Origin: Hyphochytrium catenoides
Lineage: Eukaryota; Protista; Hyphochytriomycota
Assembly: GCA_900088475.1 (NCBI GenBank)
Contig: FLMG01002197.1
Span: forward strand, 1-45,434
Direction of reading: 5' to 3'
Length of the DNA: 45,434 nt
Every line of letters begins with the position of its first letter. Position 1 is the stretch's first letter. The translations under genes and the position numbers were made by a program. Below are positions 35,357 through 45,434 of this stretch, one piece after another. The notes beneath the pieces are model-generated. The model did no database searches. It saw nothing but the letters and a program-made list of their open reading frames with translations, and had not been told where the DNA came from.

Positions 35357-35827
35357 CTAAGCCAAGCCTTGTCCATCTTTCCGATCCGGGTGATTGCCTC
35401 CATTAGCTCGCAGTAACTTCCGTATTGCTTTTTGTTTGGAGCGGACAACAGCGCCATCGCTCTCCTTGGTAACTCTAGCTCTCCAGGTCTTCAAGTCTGT
35501 TAGTGACCAGGAGGATAAGCCCTGCGTGAGCGTATCCACTTTCGCTTCAAGGTCGCCTTGCTCCTCACCATTTGCTTCTCGAACAGACTCCTTATCCCGG
35601 TGACTTGAGGAGCGAAGACTGGAGCCACTTCCAACGACTGGCACAGGTTCGCAAGGAAGAGAGTTGGAGAATGCTTGAAGCCTCGCGCGCTTGACGCCAT
35701 GGTCCACTATGCATAGCATTCCATCCTCAATACATCCTTCCTGCTCCTCCTGCAGGAGCCAAGGGAGCTTTCGCCTGATCGCGGTCCTTCCACCGCTTGG
35801 CTCCGAGGCCATTTGCGATGCTTCCAC
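35357..35827 (-). CDS. Hypothetical protein (possibly the last exon of a gene starting near ATG 36421)
   Basis: A 156-codon ORF with a helical C-terminus (DLEAKVDTLTQGLSSWSLTDLKTWRARV). The upstream ORF blocks cannot be spliced to it unambiguously. Confidence 0.4.
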   Translation of the reverse strand: MEASQMASEPSGGRTAIRRKLPWLLQEEQEGCIEDGMLCIVDHGVKRARLQAFSNSLPCEPVPVVGSGSSLRSSSHRDKESVREANGEEQGDLEAKVDTLTQGLSSWSLTDLKTWRARVTKESDGAVVRSKQKAIRKLLRANGGNHPDRKDGQGLA

Positions 35828-36500
35828 TGTTGTCCTTGGTCAAACGTCAAGCTCGGCTCGTCATCCTTGCAGGTCTCCACTGCGTCCGGGAGCACGTCAA
35901 CGAGCCTTCGCTTGCTCTGATTCTTGAGCTCCGTCAATGGCAAACGGGAGACAAATGCACCTCAGAAAGTGCCTTCAAAATCTTTTATGACCTCAAGATT
36001 TGATCTGCATCAGCAAGTGGGATCAGAAATACGGATATCGGGCACTACTTCCATTGTGCTTTGCAGTATTGGAATGGTGCTTTTGCCAGAGTGATTTTCT
36101 GGTAACAAATGCCAATTTCAATCTGTTTAGAGTTTTTCGGACAGGATCGAGTCATCGCTGCTGAAAAACCTTCTGAATGAAAAGATTGAGCGATAACTTT
36201 ACTTCTTTATCCTTTGATAACCGATTCTTGGCAATCATCCAAGGTCCCCGCCACTGATTCTGTGGGCGCGCTCTGTCTGCGGATGGAGAGTGCTGAACAC
36301 ACTGGACCCTTGAGCTTGCCAATAGTGCAGCTCGCTTCTTAGGAGGCGGGCCGTCCCTCAGCTGTTTGTTAGGAGAGACTCCGGTCTCAAGGAACGACAA
36401 ACCGTTCAGTGGACGATACATTTTTCTGTCTATGTCCTAAGGAATGCGTCCTCCTAAAACTCAAGAGCATTGCCTTTTATAACTGGCAGCGATAGGGCCA

Positions 36501-37288
36501 ATGGCGGCTTCACCTCCACAGCAGCCTCATCCAGCGCTATTGCCGGTCTACAAGTTCTTATATGACTCCCAGGAGGTCTGCTGGAAGAAAGCGGTCGTGG
36601 CATCAGTCTCTGGTACGGCTTCCAAGCTCTCCGCATCATTGGCTCAGGCGTCTCTCATTGTCCCTGACGCTTCTTTTGCTAAGGTATCGGGCTTGGGATA
36701 GGCTTTGGAACGTTTCTCGGAACCTTTGAAGGCGCTCATGGAGAGATTGTCGGCGACACAATGCTACAGCAGCTCAAGTATGGCTTTCGAAAGACTTATT
36801 ATGCCTCACTAGAGCGCAGTATTTACTTTGCTAAGGTACTTTTGGCGCCACGTAGCTCCTGTACGCGACCTCTACTGCGTCTCTCACTCTCGCTTTAAAT
36901 CAGCAATTCTCAGTTCTTGGCGGGATCTTCATGCTGATAGAGTGCCCATTAGAGCGGCACCGGGCACGGCATGACATCTTCAACCCCTTTATCGCAGGTG
37001 CCAGCCTTCCTCTTGTGTGGCTTCCCAAGACGAGACTAACTTCTAACTGGTCACGCCGTGATTTGTCCACTAGGCACGTCCACTGGAGCAATTGTTGGAG
37101 CCGTGGCGGCAAGACAACTGCCCTGGAAAGGTAACCCATGATTGCCCTGGCTGCACCTCACAAGCAACTTACAAGCTTGTGAATTGCCTCCGATACCAGT
37201 GGCACTGAGACATGCGGCGAAGAGTGGCGCAGGCTTCGGTGCCTTCACAGCTGTCTTTGAGCTCGGATTGAATTACTTGAAGGAATGA
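36501..37288 (+). CDS. TIM22: Mitochondrial inner-membrane translocase Tim17/22/23 family protein, TIM22-like; 5 exons (first intron 36613-36683)
   Basis: The spliced protein reads [13 protein letters not shown]|[20 protein letters not shown]...SIYFAK|[31 protein letters not shown]|GTSTGAIVG...|[20 protein letters not shown]. It has the conserved Cys pair and GxxxG helices. Confidence 0.85.
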
Positions 37289-37405
37289 GTAGCAGCTTTT
37301 GACAAGCGAGCACCGTCCGGCATCCTGAGCTAGACCTTCGGACACAAGTCCACTTTACCTTGGACTCATGGAGTATGCGGAGCCCTGAAGAAGAACGAAC
37401 CGCCC

Positions 37406-40269
37406 TCACACCATTTGAGAGTGATTGGCCTCCTCGGTGGCAGTAAGCAGCTGCTGATTAGCCAGAACTGCTAAGCGAAGGCGTTCGTCCTTGAGAACTT
37501 CTCGCCAGTGCGACAGCAGCAAGCGGTCTAGTGCAGCCATCTGATGCGACAGAAGTGATGAGCTGCTGGAGGAAAGATTTGTACCCGTGACCGCCTCTCC
37601 TTGCTGATCTACCACTCCATTGCTAGTCTCGCTCTCTCTCGCGCGCACCTCCTCCTCTCTTCTTCGCTCTCCCACTCTCTTTCTCTCTCTTTTTGCCCCT
37701 TTGCCTTCTCTCTTCAATTTCTTTCACCTTTCTCGCCTTTGCCTAGTGCTTTCTTACTTATTGCTGAATGGACCCTGCCTGTTCGCTAGAGCTCAACCTC
37801 TTTTGTTCATAATAACCTCTATATACCTGAATATCATCGACATCGCTTGCAATGGGTCCACCGTCTAAGACGCCTCTGCCCACATGACTCCGTATCGCTC
37901 GACTTGGAGCTCGAAGTAACACTGTTTCAGCTCTTTGTAGAGCTTGTTCCTGCATCTCGACATTTGAGAGAGATATCGAAGGACTTCTACCGTCCAGCCA
38001 GTGGACCGCTGCCTCCTTCTTCCACCCTAGCCTCCAGAGTAATAAGGAAAGATTGAAGGTCGCACTGACCCATCCCCGCTTCATCATCTTGAGATAGAAG
38101 GATTGCAAGACATCCATCCCTGCACGAGCTTGTCCTTTGCACGCTAGCAGCACAGCTTTATTGTTAAGAAGCTGCAGCTGCAGGTCGAAGACCCACGATA
38201 AGGCTTCAGTGTCACCTAACCAGAACAACTGGAGATAAGACTAGAGCCATCCAGAATGATAAGACATTGGCAGCCAAATCATGGCCAGGCGGACAATGAC
38301 GCCGAGAATGTCGGAATGGGCAGGGCGAACCAAATGGCTAAGTTTAAGGCAGTCAGCACGTCGGCACCTTCATCTCGGTAAACGTCCTCGAGCCGTGAGA
38401 GTTCAACCTCCGCCGTATTCAATGACTCAAAAGATGCTTCTGCACGTTCCAAGCAAAGAAGTGCGTCGGCCTTGTACAGCAGCACCCGAGGGTTGTTTGG
38501 GTCTGCATCAAGGACCTTCTCACAACATTCCAGGGCGAGCTCATAGTCACCAGCCTGTGGAGGAATTTAAAACCATGAACATCGGCATGAGCGAGACATC
38601 ATAGCGGGAGATAGACGAGAATGGAGGGTGTTAGGAAAGCAGAGGACTATCGCTACGCGATCTATAATACCTGCAGACAGACGTACGCCTTATCACAAAG
38701 TAGGTCCTGAACAGGTATAGAGGTGGAGTTAGTTGCTGAGGGAGCCTCCTCGTAAGCTGTTCGCTCTCAGACCCTTGCTTGGCATGTTTAGATGGTAATG
38801 TCCTTACCTCAAGGTCAGGAAAGCTGCTGTTTTCCTCTTCTAATACCTCCCCTGCTCTGGTCCAATCTCCCTCACGACATAACGAGTCTATCAGCTGCTG
38901 GCAGATCATCTCTCTCGGCACTTGTTCTGTCATCTTCAGCGTAGGCATCCGCTTAGGGACCAGTGATCGACCAAGAGCGATAGATATTGGGCCTATTAGT
39001 AGATTGGTCTTACGGCGCTCTTTCTTCTTGCTCTCTGTCAGGAGCAGCTCTAACAGCTCAGATCTTTGCCTAGCATTCTTGCCCTCTCTCGCTGCAACTG
39101 CTACGTTATACATGGCGAAGCAATTGTGCTCATCTAGCTCAAGAGCCCGCCGCAGATCTGCCATTGCAGTCTCAGGGTCGTCTCGAAGGCCTCTTATGGC
39201 TCCCCGAGAAGCCCAGGCTTCTGACGATAAAGGCTGCCGGCTCTGGGAATACTTGCCAAGCAGCTTCTCTCCAGTCTCAAGGTCTGCGTCAAGCAAATAG
39301 CCCAGGGATAAATAGAACGACGAGTCCGTAGCTCTTTTTTGGGAGTTGCACACGTTATGGACATGACAAATAGCGCTTGAAACCTTGTCCAGAGCGAGCT
39401 CCACGAGCCCAAGGAGCAATTCTGCCATCTCTGCGGTCCTATGGATTGGACCGTCAAAGACAGAATGCAGAGGAGGTATAGCGTGTGGTAGTGAACAATG
39501 CAAGAGGAGATAGGAGCAGCTATTGGTAAGAAACGCTATCGAAGCTCAAAGACCAGTGGTGAGCAGTAGTACCTTGAGTCAGGATGATCTCTAACTAGCG
39601 CGTTAAGGATGTCCTCTGCTCGGTCAAACGCTTGTGTTCTGATGCAGGAGGCAGCGTGCAAGAGAGCGAGATTGGGATCTGTGAAGGTGAAGAAACCGGC
39701 GGCCTTCTGCCTCTTTGAAGCTTTGGGCTGGAAAGACTTGAGAAACAGTAAAGCCGAGTCTGCAATAGAGATAGCCTTCTTGTCCTCTCCCTTTCTCAGA
39801 AATAGTACGAAGAGCGGCACCAGCAGCCTCTGATAAGCTTCTCTAATAAGCTCTTCCTCATCGCTATGCTCTTCCAAAAGATCTAATGCATCACATGTCA
39901 GTGCTTTAGTCAAAGCTAGCCAGAGACGACAGCAGACTATCATTACCTTTGATAGCCCCAATAGCTTCCTGAAGCTTTAGCTGAAGATTATGGGCAGCAG
40001 ATTCTACTCCCACGCCATCTGCTTGAGATTTGGCAAACCGGCAAATAAGGAGGTTGACCTCAGCGTAGAGTTTGTGGTTAGCTTCCAAGCCCAATCTTAG
40101 AAGGTTTTCCAGAACCTATGCATAGCGAAGTGGCACTGTAAGACTATCATCCGGTTGGAGCATCAACACCTCCCGACACTCCTCTCTGTCCTACCTTCTC
40201 ACAAGCTCCATGTTGCGCGTCTTCATACAACCCTTTGGCATCTGCCATAAGGTCCGCGTATCTCTCCAT
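37406..40269 (-). CDS. TPR-repeat protein (weakly reminiscent of CNOT10); multi-exon
   Basis: TPR-like helices AWASRGAIRGL...AMADLRRALELDEHNCFAMYNVA, LLYKADALLCLER, LLNNKAVLLACKG and ATFNLSLLLWRLG. Exon 1 is MERYADLMADAKGLYE. Some junctions are ambiguous. Confidence 0.7.
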
Positions 40270-40664
40270 CCTCCTGAGAGACCAACGCCCGCCTCAGCGT
40301 CACAGACATTCAAGCATTTCCTCTGCCGCAGCCTTCCCTATCAGCACCAGGGACGAACGTCCTGCGATCCCGATGTGCATCATTGTCCTGGCACTTTCCA
40401 CTCTAACAGCTTCAAGAACCACAAAGCAGCTTCTTCAATGAAAACTGGCCGTAAAGACTATCATTAAGGTTGGCAATCACCTTGTCGCAGATCCGAATTC
40501 TGAAGCTCCGATAATAAAAAAAAAGAGCAACCACCTCACCCTCCCGCCAAAAATGTACTTGCGGTTAGCGGTCATTGACTATTTCCTACGTTAGCGGTAC
40601 TCTTATAACGATTTCTGGCTCTTTCTGGCTCTCTGGCGGTCGCTGGTGGGGCCAGCATAAGCAA

Positions 40665-40674
40665 GAAGGGGGGA

Positions 40675-40706
<32 letters not shown>

Positions 40707-40845
40707 CAGAGAGAGAGAGAGAGCGAGAGAGAGAGAGCGAGAGAGAGAGCCAGAGAGAGAGAGAGAGCGAGAGAGAGACAGAGAGAGCGAGAGACAGAGA
40801 GAGACAGAGAGACAGAGAGACAGACAGAGAGAGAAAGAGAAAGAG
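40665..40845. repeat. (GA)n/(GACA) compound microsatellite
   Basis: Directly visible. Confidence 0.95.
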
Positions 40846-40898
40846 TGACGGCAGGCTGTAGGGCTGATGGCTGATGATAGCCGCCAGTGTCTTATGCT

Positions 40899-41024
40899 TC
40901 GACCTTCGGTCCAGTGAGACGACAATACCTAGGACGCTCTAGCCATGATCTTGTTGTCTCCTTCAAGGACCAGGGACGAGACGCTCTAGGCATGATCGAC
41001 CTTCGGTCCAGTGAGACGACAATA
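40899..41024 (+). repeat. Nested direct repeats A-B-x-B-A (A = 29 bp exact; B = 18 bp with one mismatch)
   Basis: TCGACCTTCGGTCCAGTGAGACGACAATA at 40899-40927 and 40996-41024; GACGCTCTAG[C/G]CATGATC at 40933-40950 and 40980-40997. Confidence 0.9.
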
Positions 41025-41865
41025 GCCCTTGGACTTCAGTGGGCTGCTGGTCTATGCGAATTCCGCTACCGCTGTCAGAGACTATCAGCTGATGAAAGTC
41101 TTTGACTTTGCGTTGACCTCGTGATTGTGGAGCATCACAGGCTCCTGTACCGTTATTCTCCCATTGACAAGCTTCTCCTAGGTGTCAAGGACTAGGACCA
41201 TGGTGGCTGTCCCTGGGTTACCTGTTAGATTCCTTGGAGCAGTATGCACTGCATGCCATGATAGCTGCCCCTTACTCGGGGACCAACTAGAATGATCGGA
41301 AGCATGGTGGAACAAGGTCTATGAGGTGCACGCTCTTGGATTCACCAGCGCATTATATGACTTCTATGGCTTCGCTCTGTGTTGCCCCAGTTGGCATGTC
41401 CAGGCTTGTCAGTCTTGTCCGCCCGTTGCAGGCAGCAGGCTCTCATCTTGCTCGTCGGTTTTGTTCTGCCTTTAGATTTACACTACACATATCCGCCACC
41501 AAACTGCTGGAGAGAACACCTTGCTCACACTGCTCGATATCTGTCGCAAGGGGGCCTGTAAACTCGTGAGACTGAGGATTGCTTGTTCTCAAGCCATACT
41601 AATGACCTATTGAGGTCTACAAGGATTACGCGCTTGTCCTGAAGGATAGAAGTCAGATTACACAGATGATGCTGGTCTTTCTGCCTTCAGAACCTCATGT
41701 GGATGATGGCCGACGATAAGACGAGTAGTGCTAAACAAGCTGAACAGAAGCAATATTTTGAGGCCGCGGCTTGTAGTTATAACTCTCAGGGTGGCTCCCA
41801 AGGAAGACAGAAGACCTTTATTTTGTCTCAGTTACCGTTGCCTCAGCCACATGGACATTGATCTC

Positions 41866-43641
41866 TTAGAGCCTTGCCTTCGGTTTCGCTGCATCAAAGA
41901 CAGTGTTTAGCTTCATTGCCAACCCCATGTTGCCCTTCACTTTGATCTTCCCCTTCATAAACGCCTGTTGGGCGTTCAGTTTCCCTGCTATCAGCTGCAA
42001 GAAATCGGCTTCAGAGACAGTCAAGGCAATGTCAGAACTTTTCTCGCCCTTTGACAGTGTTCCAGAACCGTTCTTCAGATCCAGATTCCACCCTCCGGCA
42101 CCAGTGACGTTGAACTGCACCACTCCATTAAACTTCTTCACCATATCCGGCCCCTGGGACTTGAGTGCGCTATTGATCTGCCCAAATACTGCTTCTACTG
42201 TCAGAGCATCAGCGGCGGACGCAGCTGCCTGTTTTGGCGTAGGTTGGGTGCCGGAAAGCGAGGAAGGGAGAACCGCGCCACCTTCGATTCCGTCTTCAGC
42301 GAAGCCCATTCCTCCTGAGACAGGCCTCTTCATGGGCTTTTGGCGCCATTCGCGAGGACGCCTGTAAACAGTCACAACCGCTGCCCCACCTAGTCCCAGA
42401 TTGTGTGTTAGCCCAACCTCGGCGCTGTTCACCTGACGCGGACCTGCTTCTCCTCTTAGCTGCCAGCATATTTCTGAGGCTTGTGCAAGACCAGTGGCGC
42501 CTAGAGGATGACCCTTGGAGATAAGACCGCCGCTAGGGTTCACCACCACCCTCCCTCCGTAAGTATTGTCTCCTCGATCGACAAAGGCTCCAGCTTCTCC
42601 AGCTTCGCAGAGGCCCAAGGCCTCGTAAGTCACAAACTCATTGGCAGAGAAGCAATCGTGCAGCTCAACCACCTTGATATCCTTGGCACTAACTCTTGCC
42701 TGGCGCAGAGCAGCTTCTGCTGCCGCCTTGGACATATCAAAGCCAATTTGCTTCATTGCAGAGGGCTCCTTGAACGTTGAAGTCAGGTCGGTGGCCATTG
42801 CCATGCCGATGATCTCAATGGCCTGTCCTTCAAGCCCATGACGTCTCACAAACTCTTCAGAGGCGACAATGCAGGCGGCAGCTCCGTCAGAGGTTGGACA
42901 ACACTGCAGCTTTGTTAAAGGTCCAGCCACCGGTGGAGACTTTAGGATTTGCTCGAGAGTATAAATGTCCCGAAATTGGGAGTACGGATTGTTAGCAGAA
43001 TGGCGATGGTTCTTCTCCGCGACCTTAGCGATCTGCTCCTTGGTTGTGCCATAACGCTTCATATGCTCCAGTCCAGCATTGCCGAACATCCACGGTGCCA
43101 TGGGTTCGCCGTTGTAAGGACAGATCTCCATCATCTTTTCCAGATGAATGTCCAAAGGAACAGTGCGGTCAGTATACTTCTGGCCAAGAGATCCACGCTC
43201 CATCTTTTCGAAACCCAAAGTGAGAACACAGTCAGAAACTCCACCTTCAACGAACTGCTTGGCCATGTAGAGCGCACTGGAGCCTGTGGCGCAGTTGTTG
43301 TTCACATTGTACACTGGAATGCCCGTCATCCCCAATTGATAGACCGCGCGCTGCCCACATGTGGAGTCGCCGTAGCAATATCCCACACAAACCTGCTGCA
43401 CTTCGTTGTAGGAAATACTGGCGTCAACTAGAGCACGTGTGGCCGCAATCCTGGCCATATCGGGGTAGTCCCAGTCTTTGCGGCCAGGCTTCTCAAACTT
43501 CGTCATCCCGACCTATAACATAGCGGAATCAAGAGCATAGAACGATTAGCCGACGCACACATCGGGAAACCTCTAAGCTACTTATGACGCACTTACCCCG
43601 ACAATAAACACGCGCCTCTGTTGATTAGGTGATGATGCCAT
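41866..43641 (-). CDS. SCP2: Peroxisomal SCP-x: SCP2-type thiolase fused to a C-terminal sterol carrier protein-2 domain; one intron near the 5' end
   Basis: Motifs RVFIVG|VGMTKFEKPG, NNNCATG (catalytic Cys), HDCF, SKGHPLGATG and HNLGLGG, the SCP2 domain AFMKGKIKVKGNMGLAMKL, and the PTS1 signal -ARL*. Confidence 0.97.
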
Positions 43642-44118
43642 CTTGCTACAGCTGGAGATCACACTGGAAGTTCTCTGACTGGAGGACTCCGGAATCTCGT
43701 CTGCAGATCCTAACCTTGAGATTTAAGAGCTCTCAACTGTCTGCACGAGTCTTGCTGGTCTTTCTTGCGTCTGTCGACGATGCTTCCACAGCTCTGAGAC
43801 TGTGTGAGGCCAGGACAACGGAGATGGATCTTCTTGCACTTGAACCTGACCTTGAAGTTTTTGTCATCCCTGCCGCTGCGCTGCATCAACGATGTGAGGG
43901 AGCTAGCCGTTAGCTACCGTTGAGCACTTTCCTTGTGGATTTTGTAGTTAGATTACCATAGGTTGAAGCAGAGAAAGGGCTAGCTGTTAGCCGCCAGAAG
44001 TGTTAGGAGTCACTTCGTGCTCTATTTTTGGAGTCTGACGTGGGCTTCAACTAGCTGTTAGCAGTCGCCTAAATAATGGAGGAACTCTTTGTTGGTGGGG
44101 CGTTACAGATTCAGAGCT

Positions 44119-44134
44119 CTAATTCTTCTGATCT

Positions 44135-44217
<83 letters not shown>

Positions 44218-44430
44218 TCTCCTTCCCTCTGACTTCCTTCTCTCCCTCCCTTTCTGTTCTTTCTCGCCTCTGTTATCTCTCTCTCTCTCTCGCGCCCACT
44301 CTCCCTCTCTATTCGTCTCCCTTTCTCTGTTCTCTCGCTCTCCTGTTTTCTCTCTCTCTCTCTTCTGCGCTCCGTCTCTCTCCTTCTCTCTCCTGCCCTT
44401 CGCTTCTTTCTTACTCTACCCTGCTTCTTT
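44119..44430. repeat. (CT)n microsatellite / pyrimidine tract
   Basis: Directly visible. Similar tracts occur at 1-25, 21010-21155, 23740-23880, 28180-28270, 30570-30730, 31000-31050 and 31230-31380. Confidence 0.95.
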
Positions 44431-44906
44431 AAACCTTTGTCCACAATCGGCTCGGCCATCCGTGCCGATCCTTGGTTCTTGCTGATGGCAGGGAAGCCCC
44501 TCCTCCTTTCTGCCTCTCTCTGAACTCTTTCTCCTGCTGGACATCCTTTCCCGACCACTAGACGGGGCTTATCGCTCTCACGTTGTCCTGTGCGTTCATT
44601 TCCCAGTCGGCTTGCTTCCACTCCTCCTCCTCCTCGTTCTCCTCGAACTCTACATGCCCTTCATCGTCCTGTGGCTTCCCGCTCACTCTTTGCAATCTCA
44701 TTCTTGCTCTGCTTGTCCTTCGCCCCCACTATACCCTCGGCTGCCCATTGACCCCTTCCATGAGAGTGCTTCTCCGCCCATAAAAGACTGAAGACTCCTG
44801 GGCCTGCAGAAGAGCTGCCGGGGAAAGTGGAAGGCCATGTGCTGCATGAGAGAAAAGTAAGGCATCCCACACAGGGTTATGATCCTTCCATGTTCACCAC
44901 CTTGCG

Positions 44907-45434
44907 ATGCCATCCAACAGACTAGAGAGAGTAAAAGGCCCAGAGGTCATGCTGTCAAAGAACAACGAAGATCCTCCCCCACCGTTCATAGAAGGCATCC
45001 GGGCGAGGAGACACCTCCACGTAAGAGGCAGTCCTAGTGGCGCAGATGGAGAGGGGGATCTCCCTCCTTATAGGGCTCAGGACCCTGGCACAGGGAAGCT
45101 AATGAGGGGGCTAGAGTCCGAACCATTGCCTATGTATAGGCCGAAGCAGGACCAGTACGTGGAGACTCGAAAGGAGGAGTTACCTGTGTACCCATCTTCG
45201 AAAGCTGCAGCTAGCACGAACTCAACAGCTTTAGCAAGAAAGAAGATGACGAGAGCGATAGACAGCAGTCCGCCGCCATATCATAAGGACCTCCAAGTAA
45301 GAGGCAGTCCTAGTGGCGCAGATAGAGAGGGGGATCTCCCTCCTAATAGGCACCAGGCCCCTGGCGCAGGGAAGCTAATGAGGGGGCTAGAGTCCGAACC
45401 ATTGCCTATGTATAGGCCGAAGCAGGACCAGGAA
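44907..45434 (+). CDS. Partial ORF running off the window: low-complexity protein with an internal repeat and multiple (L/P)PxY motifs
   Basis: The frame is open from ATG 44907 to the window end. A roughly 140-nt block repeats with a 276-nt (92-codon) period (45013 versus 45289). Motifs are LPPY, LPMY twice, LPVY and PPPY. Confidence 0.6.
   Translation, partial: MPSNRLERVKGPEVMLSKNNEDPPPPFIEGIRARRHLHVRGSPSGADGEGDLPPYRAQDPGTGKLMRGLESEPLPMYRPKQDQYVETRKEELPVYPSSKAAASTNSTALARKKMTRAIDSSPPPYHKDLQVRGSPSGADREGDLPPNRHQAPGAGKLMRGLESEPLPMYRPKQDQE

Noticed and set aside
40899-41024. CRISPR-like repeat-spacer-repeat
   Set aside because: Only two copies, the 'spacer' is itself repetitive, there are no cas genes, and the context is eukaryotic.
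41230-41295. CxxCH (CTACH) heme-binding motif in a short frame
   Set aside because: The frame is closed by a stop shortly after the motif and has no cytochrome c context. It is likely chance.

Overview
Gene-dense, intron-rich eukaryotic nuclear DNA. It uses the standard code and GT-AG introns, has many CT/GA microsatellites, and has two N-gaps. The TIM22, PNS1/CTL and carnitine acetyltransferase sequence types look stramenopile-like, which is my inference. Manual splicing gives about 18 genes: TrmB(+), TrhO/UPF0176(-), TsaD/OSGEPL1(+), hypothetical(-), carnitine acetyltransferase(+), EEF1AKMT4/METTL13-like methyltransferase(-), COA4-like twin CX9C(+), histone H1(-), hypothetical(-), ETF alpha(-), Sfi1-repeat protein(+), choline transporter-like(-), LRRC40(+), hypothetical(-), TIM22(+), TPR protein(-), SCPx thiolase(-), and a partial PY-motif repeat ORF(+). 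COA4 and TIM22 are not recognisable in the ORF track until spliced. The strongest leads are: (1) three adjacent bacterial/organellar-type tRNA-modification genes; (2) a variant histone stem-loop after the intronless H1; (3) unusual splicing, namely many AAG acceptors, stop-free 3n introns, and purine-rich introns with splice signals on both strands; (4) near-strict tail-to-tail gene pairing. I recognised no tRNA, rRNA, CRISPR array or transposase. All exon boundaries were read by eye and need RNA-seq confirmation.
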